The notes under the pieces were generated by a model. It had not been told where the DNA came from. It saw nothing but the letters and a program-made list of their open reading frames with translations, and did no database searches. From assembly GCA_963843145.1 (NCBI GenBank), contig CAWJJC010000020.1:416001-480000 (forward strand): a stretch of 64,000 nucleotides of DNA, in the 5' to 3' direction. Positions 46,676 through 55,571 of this stretch are shown here, in pieces. Position 1 is the first letter of the stretch. Each line of letters begins with the position of its first letter. Both the position numbers and the translations under genes were made by a program. The DNA comes from an uncultured delta proteobacterium (lineage in GTDB: Bacteria > Desulfobacterota > RBG-13-43-22).

Positions 46676-47939
46676 GCTTTTCTCTTTTCCTATCCCTGGA
46701 TTTCAAAAAGGGACTCTCGGTAATTTCCCGAAAAGTCCGCACCACTTCTTCGGCAAATCGGGGATCATTGATGTGAGCCGGGATTTCCTTCACTCTGATC
46801 CCCGGGGGGGCGCTTCGTTTAATCGCCTCGATAAACACCCGGTCGACGGCCAGATCGAAAAAGGATTTTCCCGGACTGTCAAAGACCGAATATCCTCCGG
46901 AGGGCAGCAGGAGCGCTGTGGGGCCGGCGGCCAACTTTAATTTTTCCGCCACCACCCCGGCCAATCGTTTCATCTCCTGGGCGTTGGTCCGAACCACACA
47001 AATAGCCGCATTATGCACATGGATCGGACGGTTTTTATAGCGAGGCGGGAGGGTTTCCGGCGGTCCGGTGACGATAAAATCGATGTTGCCCGGGATGAGG
47101 ATCGTCGGCAGCCCTTTGGTTAAAGCCGCTTCCAGACGGTGGGCCCCGGCGTCATAGGACCCTTTGAAAAGATGGTCCACCAATTCATGAAGCGAGACCT
47201 CGATGACGGCTTGCGGTTCCCCCTCCACCACCAACTCCTCCAGAGCCTGGCCCCCGGAGCCGACGGTGTGAAACACCGCCAATTCCCAGCCCGACTTTTC
47301 CAGGTCCGTTCTGAAATGACGGATACAGGCTTCGGTAGTCCCCAGGGTGCTTACGGCGATCAGCGGCGTCTCAAAATGTTTCTTGCTCCGAGGGGTGAAC
47401 CGGACCATCCCAGCCATAGCCCCGGCCGCCTGAGACAACACCTGCCGAGTCATGCGGTTGAGCCCCACTAAATCCACCACCGAATGGTACATGAGGATAT
47501 CTTTACTCCCCACGAACGGCCGGGTATCCCGGGAAGCCATGGTGGAAACCATGAGTTTGGGAAACCCGAAAGGCAAGGCCCGCATGGCGCTGGTGCCGAG
47601 AGTGGTCCCCATGGATCCCCCCAGGCCGATGATACCGTCGATTTCTTCCTGATCGTAGAGGTCCCGGACCACCTTGATGGCCCCCTGCACCATGGTCCCC
47701 ATGGCCTTGCCTTCATGCCCCAGGCGGCGCAGGGCGGCCAGGGAACTCCCGGCCTTGCGGGCCAGGGCGCTGGCCGGAATATCCGCCGGGCTGGTCGCGC
47801 CACTCAAGATTCCCCCGTCAATCACCAGAACATTCACCTCGGCCTCCCTCAGTCGCTCTCTCAGGAAAGCGACCTCGGATCCTTTAGTATCCAGGGTGGC
47901 CAGAATGGCTACGGTGGGCTTGGCCTTTGTTTTTTTCAT
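46665..47939 (-). CDS. Tm-1-like ATP-binding protein (UPF0261)
   Basis: TLDTKG.E, GLGGSMGT, MRALPFGFPKLMVSTMAS, FHTVGSGG, HINDP.FA. Confidence 0.9.
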   Translation of the reverse strand: MKKTKAKPTVAILATLDTKGSEVAFLRERLREAEVNVLVIDGGILSGATSPADIPASALARKAGSSLAALRRLGHEGKAMGTMVQGAIKVVRDLYDQEEIDGIIGLGGSMGTTLGTSAMRALPFGFPKLMVSTMASRDTRPFVGSKDILMYHSVVDLVGLNRMTRQVLSQAAGAMAGMVRFTPRSKKHFETPLIAVSTLGTTEACIRHFRTDLEKSGWELAVFHTVGSGGQALEELVVEGEPQAVIEVSLHELVDHLFKGSYDAGAHRLEAALTKGLPTILIPGNIDFIVTGPPETLPPRYKNRPIHVHNAAICVVRTNAQEMKRLAGVVAEKLKLAAGPTALLLPSGGYSVFDSPGKSFFDLAVDRVFIEAIKRSAPPGIRVKEIPAHINDPRFAEEVVRTFREITESPFLKSRDRKREKLVG

Positions 47940-47989
47940 GGTGTCCTTCCTCATAACCTCGCAAAAAGTCAAAAAACGACTTTCTGCTC

Positions 47990-48017
47990 GGCGGGGGAGG
48001 GCTTCCCCTCCCCCGCC
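47990..48017. terminator. Perfect 12-bp hairpin between ubiX and the Tm-1-like gene
   Basis: ggcgggggaggg-cttc-ccctcccccgcc. Confidence 0.45.
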
Positions 48018-48063
48018 ATTTGAAATGAATTCAAATGGTCCCACCCCTACCCCAGCCCGGCGC

Positions 48064-48681
48064 TTAATCGCGCTCGGGCTGCTGACGGACCTCTGGCGAG
48101 TCCATCACACCCGCCCAGCGTTTAAAATCCGGAACTTCGATATCGAAGAGGTCCAAAATTTTTCCGATGCTGTGCCGGATGATATCTTCCAGGTCTCTGG
48201 GTCGATGGTAAAAAGCCGGTACGGGCGGAAAGAGGATCGCCCCCATATCGGTCAACCGCAGCATTAATTCCAAGTGTCCCCGGTGCAGCGGGGTCTCCCG
48301 CACCGCCACCACCAGCTTGCGCCGTTCTTTCAAGGTCACATCCGCCGCTCGAATCAGGATGTTGACGTTGAAGGAGTTGGCCAGGGCCGAAAGGGTTTTA
48401 ATGGAACAGGGCAGGATCACCATGCCCCTCGTCCCTTTAAAAGACCCGCTGGAAACCGGAGCGGCGATATCGTCGAGATCATAGCAGACCGTGGCCATTT
48501 TTTTTACCTGCTCCACGGCATAATCCGTCTCCAGTTCAATCGTGCGTTCGGCCGCCCGACTGAGGATCAAGTGGGTGGCGATGTTTATTTTCTGCAGGAT
48601 CTCCAGCAGCCGGATGCCGTAAATGGCCCCCGAGGCCCCGGAGATGCCGATGATTAGTCCCTGGTTGGGCATAGATACCAC
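48064..48681 (-). CDS. ubiX: Flavin prenyltransferase
   Basis: GISGASGAIYG, SSGSF, PCSIKTL, RAADVTLKERR, RETP, PAFY. Confidence 0.96.
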   Translation of the reverse strand: MVSMPNQGLIIGISGASGAIYGIRLLEILQKINIATHLILSRAAERTIELETDYAVEQVKKMATVCYDLDDIAAPVSSGSFKGTRGMVILPCSIKTLSALANSFNVNILIRAADVTLKERRKLVVAVRETPLHRGHLELMLRLTDMGAILFPPVPAFYHRPRDLEDIIRHSIGKILDLFDIEVPDFKRWAGVMDSPEVRQQPERD

Positions 48682-48776
48682 ATTTCCTTTAAATCGACCC
48701 CCTCCACCCTGCTTTTAGGGGAGAGGGAACAATCAAATCTATCTCAGGTTGTAATAGTACGTTCCCTAGGTGTATT

Positions 48777-49205
48777 TCATTTTTTACTCCCTCTTACCCA
48801 TCGTGGGGGAGAGGGTTGGGGTGAGGGGGTTCCAGCCTTTTCAATGATCTTCCGGGTCAACCGCTCTGTCATATTTACGATGGTCTGGATCTCTTCCGGG
48901 TTCAAATTATCCCAATGGATACCGGCGGTGACCACCACATTTTTCTTAAGGGCCGAGGCCAATACCTCCGATACCCTCCTGGCGGTTACATCCTCCTTAT
49001 GCCCCAACAAGGTCAGCACCGAAGAAGTCGCGCTGGTCTTCTTCTTATCCCGCAAACTGGGACGGGGCAGCGCCAGGGCTACGGCCCCGATATGGGGGTG
49101 GGTCCCGCCCCAGACGGCGACCAATAAATCCCGCCCCAGGGATTTTACCAAGGCCTCCAATTTAAAACGCCCCTCTTTGATGGAAACGGAAATAGGCTTC
49201 ATCAT
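48777..49205 (-). CDS. lpdD: Prenylated-flavin chaperone LpdD-like protein
   Basis: G.DLLV..WGG..PHIGAVA...GHKED.....V...L...VVV.AGIH; adjacent to ubiX; tail overlaps a REP copy. Confidence 0.7.
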   Translation of the reverse strand: MMKPISVSIKEGRFKLEALVKSLGRDLLVAVWGGTHPHIGAVALALPRPSLRDKKKTSATSSVLTLLGHKEDVTARRVSEVLASALKKNVVVTAGIHWDNLNPEEIQTIVNMTERLTRKIIEKAGTPSPQPSPPRWVRGSKK

Positions 49206-49254
49206 GGATATCGGCGTTCCCCCTGCCGGCCCCCCGGTCCAGAAAGGTTGGACC

Positions 49255-50493
49255 TCAGGGCTTGAGGACTCTGATCATAGCCTCCACCGCGGCTCGGGCG
49301 AAGGCGGGATCATTTAAATAGGCCTCAACGGTCTGAATGGTGATTTCGGGTTTACAATGCTGCCGGAGGGTTTCGGTAAAGAACCGATCCTCTTCCGGAT
49401 CATAGGCGGCGCTGCCGGGGGCATCCGCCGTAGACCAGCCCCGGGTAGGGATCAGCAGGATCACCGGTCCCTGGGCCTGATTCAGTTTCCCGGCCATTAC
49501 TTCGGCCACTTGTTTTAATTCATCCGTACTCAAACGAAGCCAGGTGCGGTCCTTATCCAGATCGTATTTGCGCCGCTGGGCGTAATCCGGTTTATAGTTT
49601 TTCCGGCTGGGGCTCATGAAATTCACCCCGCTGGGGGCGATCACTTGCGGGATACCCAACTTTCCGGCCGCCTCCAGCCGCTTCGATCCGGCGGCCCGCA
49701 TGCCGCCCAGGAGCTGTTCGCCCACCCCGCCGGGGGCCAGATCCACCACGCCGTCGAAATAGCCTTCGGCGATCATCTCTTCCATCGCCCGATCGCAGAT
49801 GCCGGCGGCGTGAAAACCGATGACCTGGAAACCGGCCTGGGTAAGACCGGCCTGGATGAGGTGAGCGCAGGGATCGCAAGGTCCGAACATGGACAGGGCG
49901 ATCTGCTTTTGGGCCGATCCTCTGGCCGCCTCCGCGGAGAACCGAGGTTCCTGGGCCATGGCCCTGACCGCCCGGGCGGCCCGATTAAGCACATTTTTCA
50001 AGTGGGGACTCAACCCGGAGAGCTCAATAACTGTGTGAAAGAGCATGATGTCGCCGGTCCCGATGTAGCGGGTGGAGAGCCCCGGCAGGGCGGCGCTGGA
50101 GGAAACCATGACTTTGGGAATTCCAAAGGGCAGCGCGCGCATGATGTTCGTGGCGATCATGGAAAGTGTGGCCCCGCCCAGACCAAGGACGCCGGCCAAC
50201 CGGCCTTCCTCCAGCAGTTTCCGGGCGATCTTGACCGCCCCCTGGGTCATATCCCTGGTAATACCGGTCCGATCGCGGGAGGCGCGGACGGCTTCAATCG
50301 TAGTTCCTCCTTGCAAAGCGACTTCGTCCGGCAGGATATCCCCCTTCTCCCTGGCCGCCGCCCCCATGGACAAATCCATGGTCAGGGCCCGGCCGCCCAG
50401 CGCCCGGATCTGATCCTGCAAATAAAGGGTTTCCTGCGCCTTGGTATCCAAGGTTGAAATAATCAGAATGGCTGAGTCTATGGAATTTATCAT
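49255..50493 (-). CDS. Second Tm-1-like ATP-binding protein (UPF0261)
   Basis: STLDTK.QE, GLGG, MRALPFGIPKVMVSS, FHAAG, LNDPAFA. Confidence 0.9.
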   Translation of the reverse strand: MINSIDSAILIISTLDTKAQETLYLQDQIRALGGRALTMDLSMGAAAREKGDILPDEVALQGGTTIEAVRASRDRTGITRDMTQGAVKIARKLLEEGRLAGVLGLGGATLSMIATNIMRALPFGIPKVMVSSSAALPGLSTRYIGTGDIMLFHTVIELSGLSPHLKNVLNRAARAVRAMAQEPRFSAEAARGSAQKQIALSMFGPCDPCAHLIQAGLTQAGFQVIGFHAAGICDRAMEEMIAEGYFDGVVDLAPGGVGEQLLGGMRAAGSKRLEAAGKLGIPQVIAPSGVNFMSPSRKNYKPDYAQRRKYDLDKDRTWLRLSTDELKQVAEVMAGKLNQAQGPVILLIPTRGWSTADAPGSAAYDPEEDRFFTETLRQHCKPEITIQTVEAYLNDPAFARAAVEAMIRVLKP

Positions 50494-50518
50494 AAGCTAT
50501 CGCGTTTCCTGTTGACAA

Positions 50519-50645
50519 GGACCAAAGGATCGAGGAACGAGGATAAAGGTTTCTAGATCCTTTTTCCTCGTTCCTTTATCCTTAATTTGTTGTCTGATTT
50601 TTTTGCCTTTCCGCTTTGCGCTTTGCCCTCCGCGCTCTGCGTTTT
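50519..50645. repeat. 7-nt periodic, partly palindromic intergenic repeats
   Basis: aaggatcgaggaacgaggataaagg / cctttttcctcgttcctttatcctt and (cgctttg)n-like tract. Confidence 0.55.
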
Positions 50646-50646
50646 C

Positions 50647-52300
50647 TTATTTTCCCGCCTTGACCCACTCTTCCAGTTGCGTCTTCAAAACCTTCTTATC
50701 GACCTTGCCTGAATCCCCTACCGTCGGCAGGGCCGGGACCAATTCCAAACGTTCGGGCAGCTTATAGGCGGAAATCTTCTTCTCTTTCAAAAAGGCCTTC
50801 ATCTCTTCAAAGGTGAGGGTCTGCCCGGCCTTGGGAACCACGTAGGCGCAGGCCCGCTCCCCCATCTCCCGATCCGGGTAACCGACGACGGCCACACTGG
50901 CTACCGCCGGATGACCGTTCAGCAGACCTTCGATTTCCGCCGGGTAAATATTCTGGCCGCCGCGGATGATCATGTCCTTGGCCCGTCCCAGGATCCAAAG
51001 GCAGCCCTGGTCGAACTTAACGATGTCGCCGGTGGTGGTCCAGCCGTCTTGATCGAAAACCGTGGCCGTCAATTCCGGATCCCGGTAATAGCCGGCCGGG
51101 GCATGGGGGCCCCGGAACCAGAGGATCCCGGGTTCGCCGTCCGGAACCGGGTTGCCCTGTTCGTCCTTAAGGACCACCTTGTTGCCCGGAAGCATCCGGC
51201 CCACTGTCCGGCGACGCAGGTCCTTGGAGTCATCGACCGAACAACCGGACACGGAGCCCACGTCCTGGGTACCCAGGTCACTGGTAATGGCCGCCCCGAA
51301 GGCCTTTTCGGCCTCTTCCGCCACCTGGGGCGACAGGTAACCGCCGGCGGACCGGATGAACCGCAGGGAGCTCAAATCATATTTCGTGGTATCCGCCTCG
51401 AGCATCCGCACCAGGTGGGTCGGCACCACCCCGATGGCCGTGGCTTTTTCCTTTTCGATCAGGGCCAGGGCCGCCTCCGGGTTGAATTCTTCCAGCATCA
51501 CGGTTTTGGCCCCGGCCAGGGGGGCCGCAAAATAGGTCAGGGTCCCGGCGGCCCCGCCGGCATGGGGGGCGATGGCCATGGTGATATCGTCTTTGGTCAG
51601 CTTCCAGATAGCCACCCGGCCCTTGGAGGTACAGACCCGGGGGGCGATGGGCCACTCAACCAGCTTGGGCAGACCGGTGGTCCCGGTCGTACTGGTCAGC
51701 AGACCGATGTCCCACTTGGGGTTGAAGCGCCGAGCATTCAGCAGTGCCTTCGTCAATCGGTTTAGCCAGGGATTCCTCCGCCAGTTTGATCAGGGAATAG
51801 GTATTTTTCGGGGCCTCCGGGGGAACCGTCTCCTCAAAAAGAAAAATGTGCTTTAAAAACGGAAAACGGACCTGCAGTCCCTTATACATTTCCAGGTAAT
51901 TAAAATTGCGGTAGATATAACAGATGATCACCGCCTCGGCCTGGGTCTTTTCGACGAAGTGCTCCAACTCGCGCTCCCGCAGATAGGGGTAGACGGTCAG
52001 GGAAATGAGCCCGGCCCGTTCGCTGGCGACGCGGGCCAGAAAGCCATAGACGCTGTTAGGGGATTGAATAATGATCCGGGCATCCTTGGGGATGCCCATT
52101 TGGACAAAGTTCTGGGCGATCCCGTCAATCAGCCGTTTGGCCTGCTTCCAGGTGAGCCGGTATTTGGAATCCACCAGGGCTTCGCGGTCCCCGAATTCCC
52201 GCACATTGCGTTCGTAAAAATCATAAAAGGTTTCGTCGGTCCAGTACCCGTCGCGGGTGTATTCATCGACCATTTCCTGCGTGTAGCGTATGGGTTTCAC
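50647..52300 (-). CDS. Aryl/acyl-CoA ligase (candidate 4-hydroxybenzoate-CoA ligase); +1 frameshift at ~51748
   Basis: TTGTTGLPK, GWTTTGD, GRAKDMIIRGG.NI, MGERACA, SGKVDK; the two ORFs join if one base is removed. Confidence 0.8.
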
Positions 52301-52420
52301 TATCAACCTCCGTTATGAATTAAAACGAATATCGATCACCGAATTCGTTTTTGTTTTCGTATTAAACCCCCATGCCCGGGGGGTACCCGCAAAGCATGAA
52401 GATGGATGATTAAACTAAAA

Positions 52421-52650
52421 GTCGTCATTCCGGCGGAAGCCCTTCGGCTTGCTCAGGGCCATGAGCTTTGTCGAATGGCCGGAATCCGGCAGTAAAGTTC
52501 TTGGGTCAACTGGATGCCGGATCAGGTCCGGCATGACGGCAAAAGCAGCTTCCTGGAAACGGTTATAGCTGGGTGCGGGAGGGGTTAACAGCTCGGCTGA
52601 ACCTTTCGGTGAACTCAAGGCCCTGAGCTCGTCGAAGGGCTCGCCGAAGT
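52421..52650. repeat. Cluster of nested REP-like palindromes
   Basis: gtcattccggc..gccggaatcc..ggatgccggatcaggtccggcatgac with a cccttcggcttgctcagggccatgagctttgtcgaatgg insert; ctcggctga..gctcgccgaagtc with a second insert. Confidence 0.7.
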
Positions 52651-52759
52651 CCCCTCCCCTGCACTCGAACTAATAATCAACGTCTAATTAATAATTAGTA
52701 ATTGAGAATTGATTGTTGATCATTAATCACGGTCCTCCCCAGCCCCAAGGCTTTCCACT

Positions 52760-52792
52760 CCGACCCCCTTTCCTGGCAGGAAAGGGGGTCGG
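52760..52792. terminator. Perfect 16-bp inverted repeat downstream of ppcB
   Basis: ccgaccccctttcctg-g-caggaaagggggtcgg. Confidence 0.55.
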
Positions 52793-52833
52793 CCATGGCA
52801 AAACGAGGAAGAACTTGGCTGACGTTCAGGCCT

Positions 52834-54240
52834 CTAGAGGCCGAATTCCTTCCAGCGGCTTTCAACTTGCTTGACCATATCCGGGTCCAGCGCAATCGGG
52901 ATGGGTTTCTCCTTCCAGTCGTAGGGAATGGTGGCGTCCAAAAGCAACCGGCCGGTGATGTCCCGGGAATCGATGGGCAGCGATGGATCCAACGGCGTGG
53001 ATCGCCCGCGCTTGATAACCTGGCTGCGGTTGGGCTGGAAGCGAAAGCTCAGGGCGTACATGACCCGGGGAATGTCCCAGGCGTCGATGTCGTCGTCCAC
53101 CACGATGACGGTCTTGAGACCGTAGGCCCCCATTTCGGTGGAGATGGCCGCGGTCAGCACCTGATCGGCGTGGCCCGGGTACATCTGCTTCAGGGAAATA
53201 ATGGCCAGGAAGCGGCCCGATCCCTCGGGCGGACAATATACCGATTTAACCCCCGGAATCTTCATGGCAGTCAATTGTTGCCAGAGGGTCGACCCGTAAG
53301 ACAAGGCCATGGTCATGTGCGTATCGGTCACCGCCCGGCCAACCGTGGTCCCCCAGAGTATGGGGTTGTTCCGGAAAGTAACGCATTGGACGTCAATAAA
53401 ATTCCGGGGGTCCGTGCCCACCCCTGAATAGTAGCCGGTGTATTCCCCAAAGGGGCCTTCCGGCAAAAATTTTTCCGCATCCACCAATCCCTCGATGACG
53501 ATCTCGGCGTGGGCCGGGATGGGCAAGTCCACCGTCTCCCCCTTGACCACTTCAATGGGGGCCCCGGCGATGGCCCCGGCCACATCGTACTCGGAAACGA
53601 AGGCCGAGAGCCGGGCCGCGCCCAAGACAAACAGCAGCGGATCCCCGCCGATAACCGAGGCCACCGGCATGGGCTTTTTCAGGGCCTGGTATTTCTTGAG
53701 CATAATATCGGCATGTTTGCCCTTGATGAATTGGGTGCCGACCTTGTCCTTCTCCAGCAATTGGGAGCGGTAGGTCCCCAGGTTGATCCAGCCGGAGTCC
53801 GGATCCTTGGTGATGATGTAATGGGCCGTGCCGATAAAGCGCCCGCCGTCCTTGGGATACCATTTGGGCACCGGGAACTTGAAGAGATCGATATCGCTCC
53901 CCTTCATGATGTTTTCCTTGCAGGGGGCCTGGTCTCGTTCCACCCAGACCGGCGGGATCAGTTTATCGCCCACCTTGACCCATTGCTCCATGAGCCCCAC
54001 CAGGCTGGTTTCTCTGGGCATGCGCATGAGGATCGCTAACCGCTGAGTGGTGGTGCAGACGCTGGTCATGACCGGGCTGCTATAGCCCTTCACGTTTTCA
54101 AAGAGCAAGGCCGGACCAAGTTTTTCCTCATTCAGTTTGGCGATGTGAGATAACTCCAGGTTCCAATCCACTTCCGCCTTCACCCGATGCACTAATCCGT
54201 CGGGTTCCCCTATGGCAATAAAATCTCTCAGATCTTTCAT
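52834..54240 (-). CDS. ppcB: UbiD family (de)carboxylase, phenylphosphate carboxylase beta-like
   Basis: EVDWNLELSHIAKLNEEK.GPALLFE, NLGTYR, EGPFGEYTGYY, RSTPLDPS; follows ppsAB. Confidence 0.85.
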   Translation of the reverse strand: MKDLRDFIAIGEPDGLVHRVKAEVDWNLELSHIAKLNEEKLGPALLFENVKGYSSPVMTSVCTTTQRLAILMRMPRETSLVGLMEQWVKVGDKLIPPVWVERDQAPCKENIMKGSDIDLFKFPVPKWYPKDGGRFIGTAHYIITKDPDSGWINLGTYRSQLLEKDKVGTQFIKGKHADIMLKKYQALKKPMPVASVIGGDPLLFVLGAARLSAFVSEYDVAGAIAGAPIEVVKGETVDLPIPAHAEIVIEGLVDAEKFLPEGPFGEYTGYYSGVGTDPRNFIDVQCVTFRNNPILWGTTVGRAVTDTHMTMALSYGSTLWQQLTAMKIPGVKSVYCPPEGSGRFLAIISLKQMYPGHADQVLTAAISTEMGAYGLKTVIVVDDDIDAWDIPRVMYALSFRFQPNRSQVIKRGRSTPLDPSLPIDSRDITGRLLLDATIPYDWKEKPIPIALDPDMVKQVESRWKEFGL

Positions 54241-54299
54241 AATTATTCTCCAGGCCTCCTTATTATTAGTGATTTATGATAATAGTACCCACGAAAGAT

Positions 54300-54482
54300 C
54301 CCACTCCGCGGGGTTGTCGGTTTGAGCGAAGCCTGTCCTTTGGTGAGAGGCCAAAGGACGATAACGCCCCCCGGTTTTCCACCCTTCGAAAACCGCCGGC
54401 CGACTGGTCCGTCCCGGTCGTCCTCTCCCGGCCGAAACGGATCAGCCTCCGCTCAAAGATCCTTTCCCCCGCGGGGAATGGG
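54300..54482 (-). other. Multibranch structured intergenic element
   Basis: Outer pairs ccgcgggg/ccccgcgg and tttgagcg/cgctcaaa enclose hairpins 54335-54359, 54372-54395 and 54401-54420. Confidence 0.55.
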
Positions 54483-55568
54483 CTAAAATTTCCTGCCCTG
54501 CATCAATCCGGCCACAATCTGTTCCATGGCCGTGGCCTTGGGCTTTACCACCGGCTCCACCTTTTTCTGGCTCCAGACCGTTTCTGGCCGGGCCTGAAGG
54601 ATGCGGACATTGCCGCCGGCCGGCAGGTCCTTATCCACGGCCCACTCAATATCCATCTGTTTGCCGTAATGGGCCTCGATCAACTTGCCGTACCGGGCCA
54701 GTTCCCTGATGTCTTTGTCGATGACCGATTGAACCTCCTTGCGTTCCTCTTCAACTTCCATCTCCACCAGTTGGTTGCGTTCGGGATTGGTAGTGAAATA
54801 CATTTCCTTGCGGGAAATGGTCCTCTTGAGGATCTCCAGGTTGATTTTATCCACCACGAACTGGTCGGGAGTTACCGACCCGCTGACCACTGACTCCCCC
54901 ACCCCCCAGTTGGCATCGATGACGATGACCGAAACGTCCCCGGAAGCCGGATTCAAGGTGAACATGACTCCGGCCGTAAAGGAGTTGACCATCTTCTGGA
55001 TGCCCACGCTGATCAGGACCTTCTCATGGTCAAAGCCCATCTTGATCCGATAGGTGATGGCCCGGGGGGTAAACAGGGAAGACCAACATAACCGGACCTT
55101 GTCGATGATTTCTTCCTGGGTGCGGACAAACAGGTAGGTCTCCTGCTGCCCGGCAAAGCTGGCCCCGGGCAGGTCCTCGGCCGTGGCGCTGGATCGAACG
55201 GCCACCGGCATCAGGGGCAGTTGCAGCTCCCGCCATAAATGGTTATAGCTATCCCCGATAGCCGTGGCGATCTCCTCCGGAATCGGGGTGCTTTCGATCA
55301 AGGCCCGGACAAATTGACTGGCGGACTCCACCCCGTCCATATCCTGCGGATCCAGACCCCGGAGCCGATCAAAAATCGGTTTCTTCAATCCCTGTTGGTT
55401 CAAATAGACGTCATAGGCTTCGGTGGTTATGGCATAACCGGGAGGGACCGGAATGCCAGCCCGGAGTAACTCCCCCAGACTGGCATTCTTCCCGCCCACC
55501 AAAGGCAAAAAGCTCAGGTCGCATTCTTCGAACCGTAAAATATAAGGGCTTTTTACTTCCTGACCCAT
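54483..55568 (-). CDS. ppsB: Phenylphosphate synthase beta subunit (PEP synthase ATP-grasp domain)
   Basis: VGGKNASLGE, VAVRSSATAEDLPGASFAGQQETYL, DIEWA, LQARPETVWS; no PEP/pyruvate TIM barrel. Confidence 0.88.
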   Translation of the reverse strand: MGQEVKSPYILRFEECDLSFLPLVGGKNASLGELLRAGIPVPPGYAITTEAYDVYLNQQGLKKPIFDRLRGLDPQDMDGVESASQFVRALIESTPIPEEIATAIGDSYNHLWRELQLPLMPVAVRSSATAEDLPGASFAGQQETYLFVRTQEEIIDKVRLCWSSLFTPRAITYRIKMGFDHEKVLISVGIQKMVNSFTAGVMFTLNPASGDVSVIVIDANWGVGESVVSGSVTPDQFVVDKINLEILKRTISRKEMYFTTNPERNQLVEMEVEEERKEVQSVIDKDIRELARYGKLIEAHYGKQMDIEWAVDKDLPAGGNVRILQARPETVWSQKKVEPVVKPKATAMEQIVAGLMQGRKF

Positions 55569-55571
55569 TCC

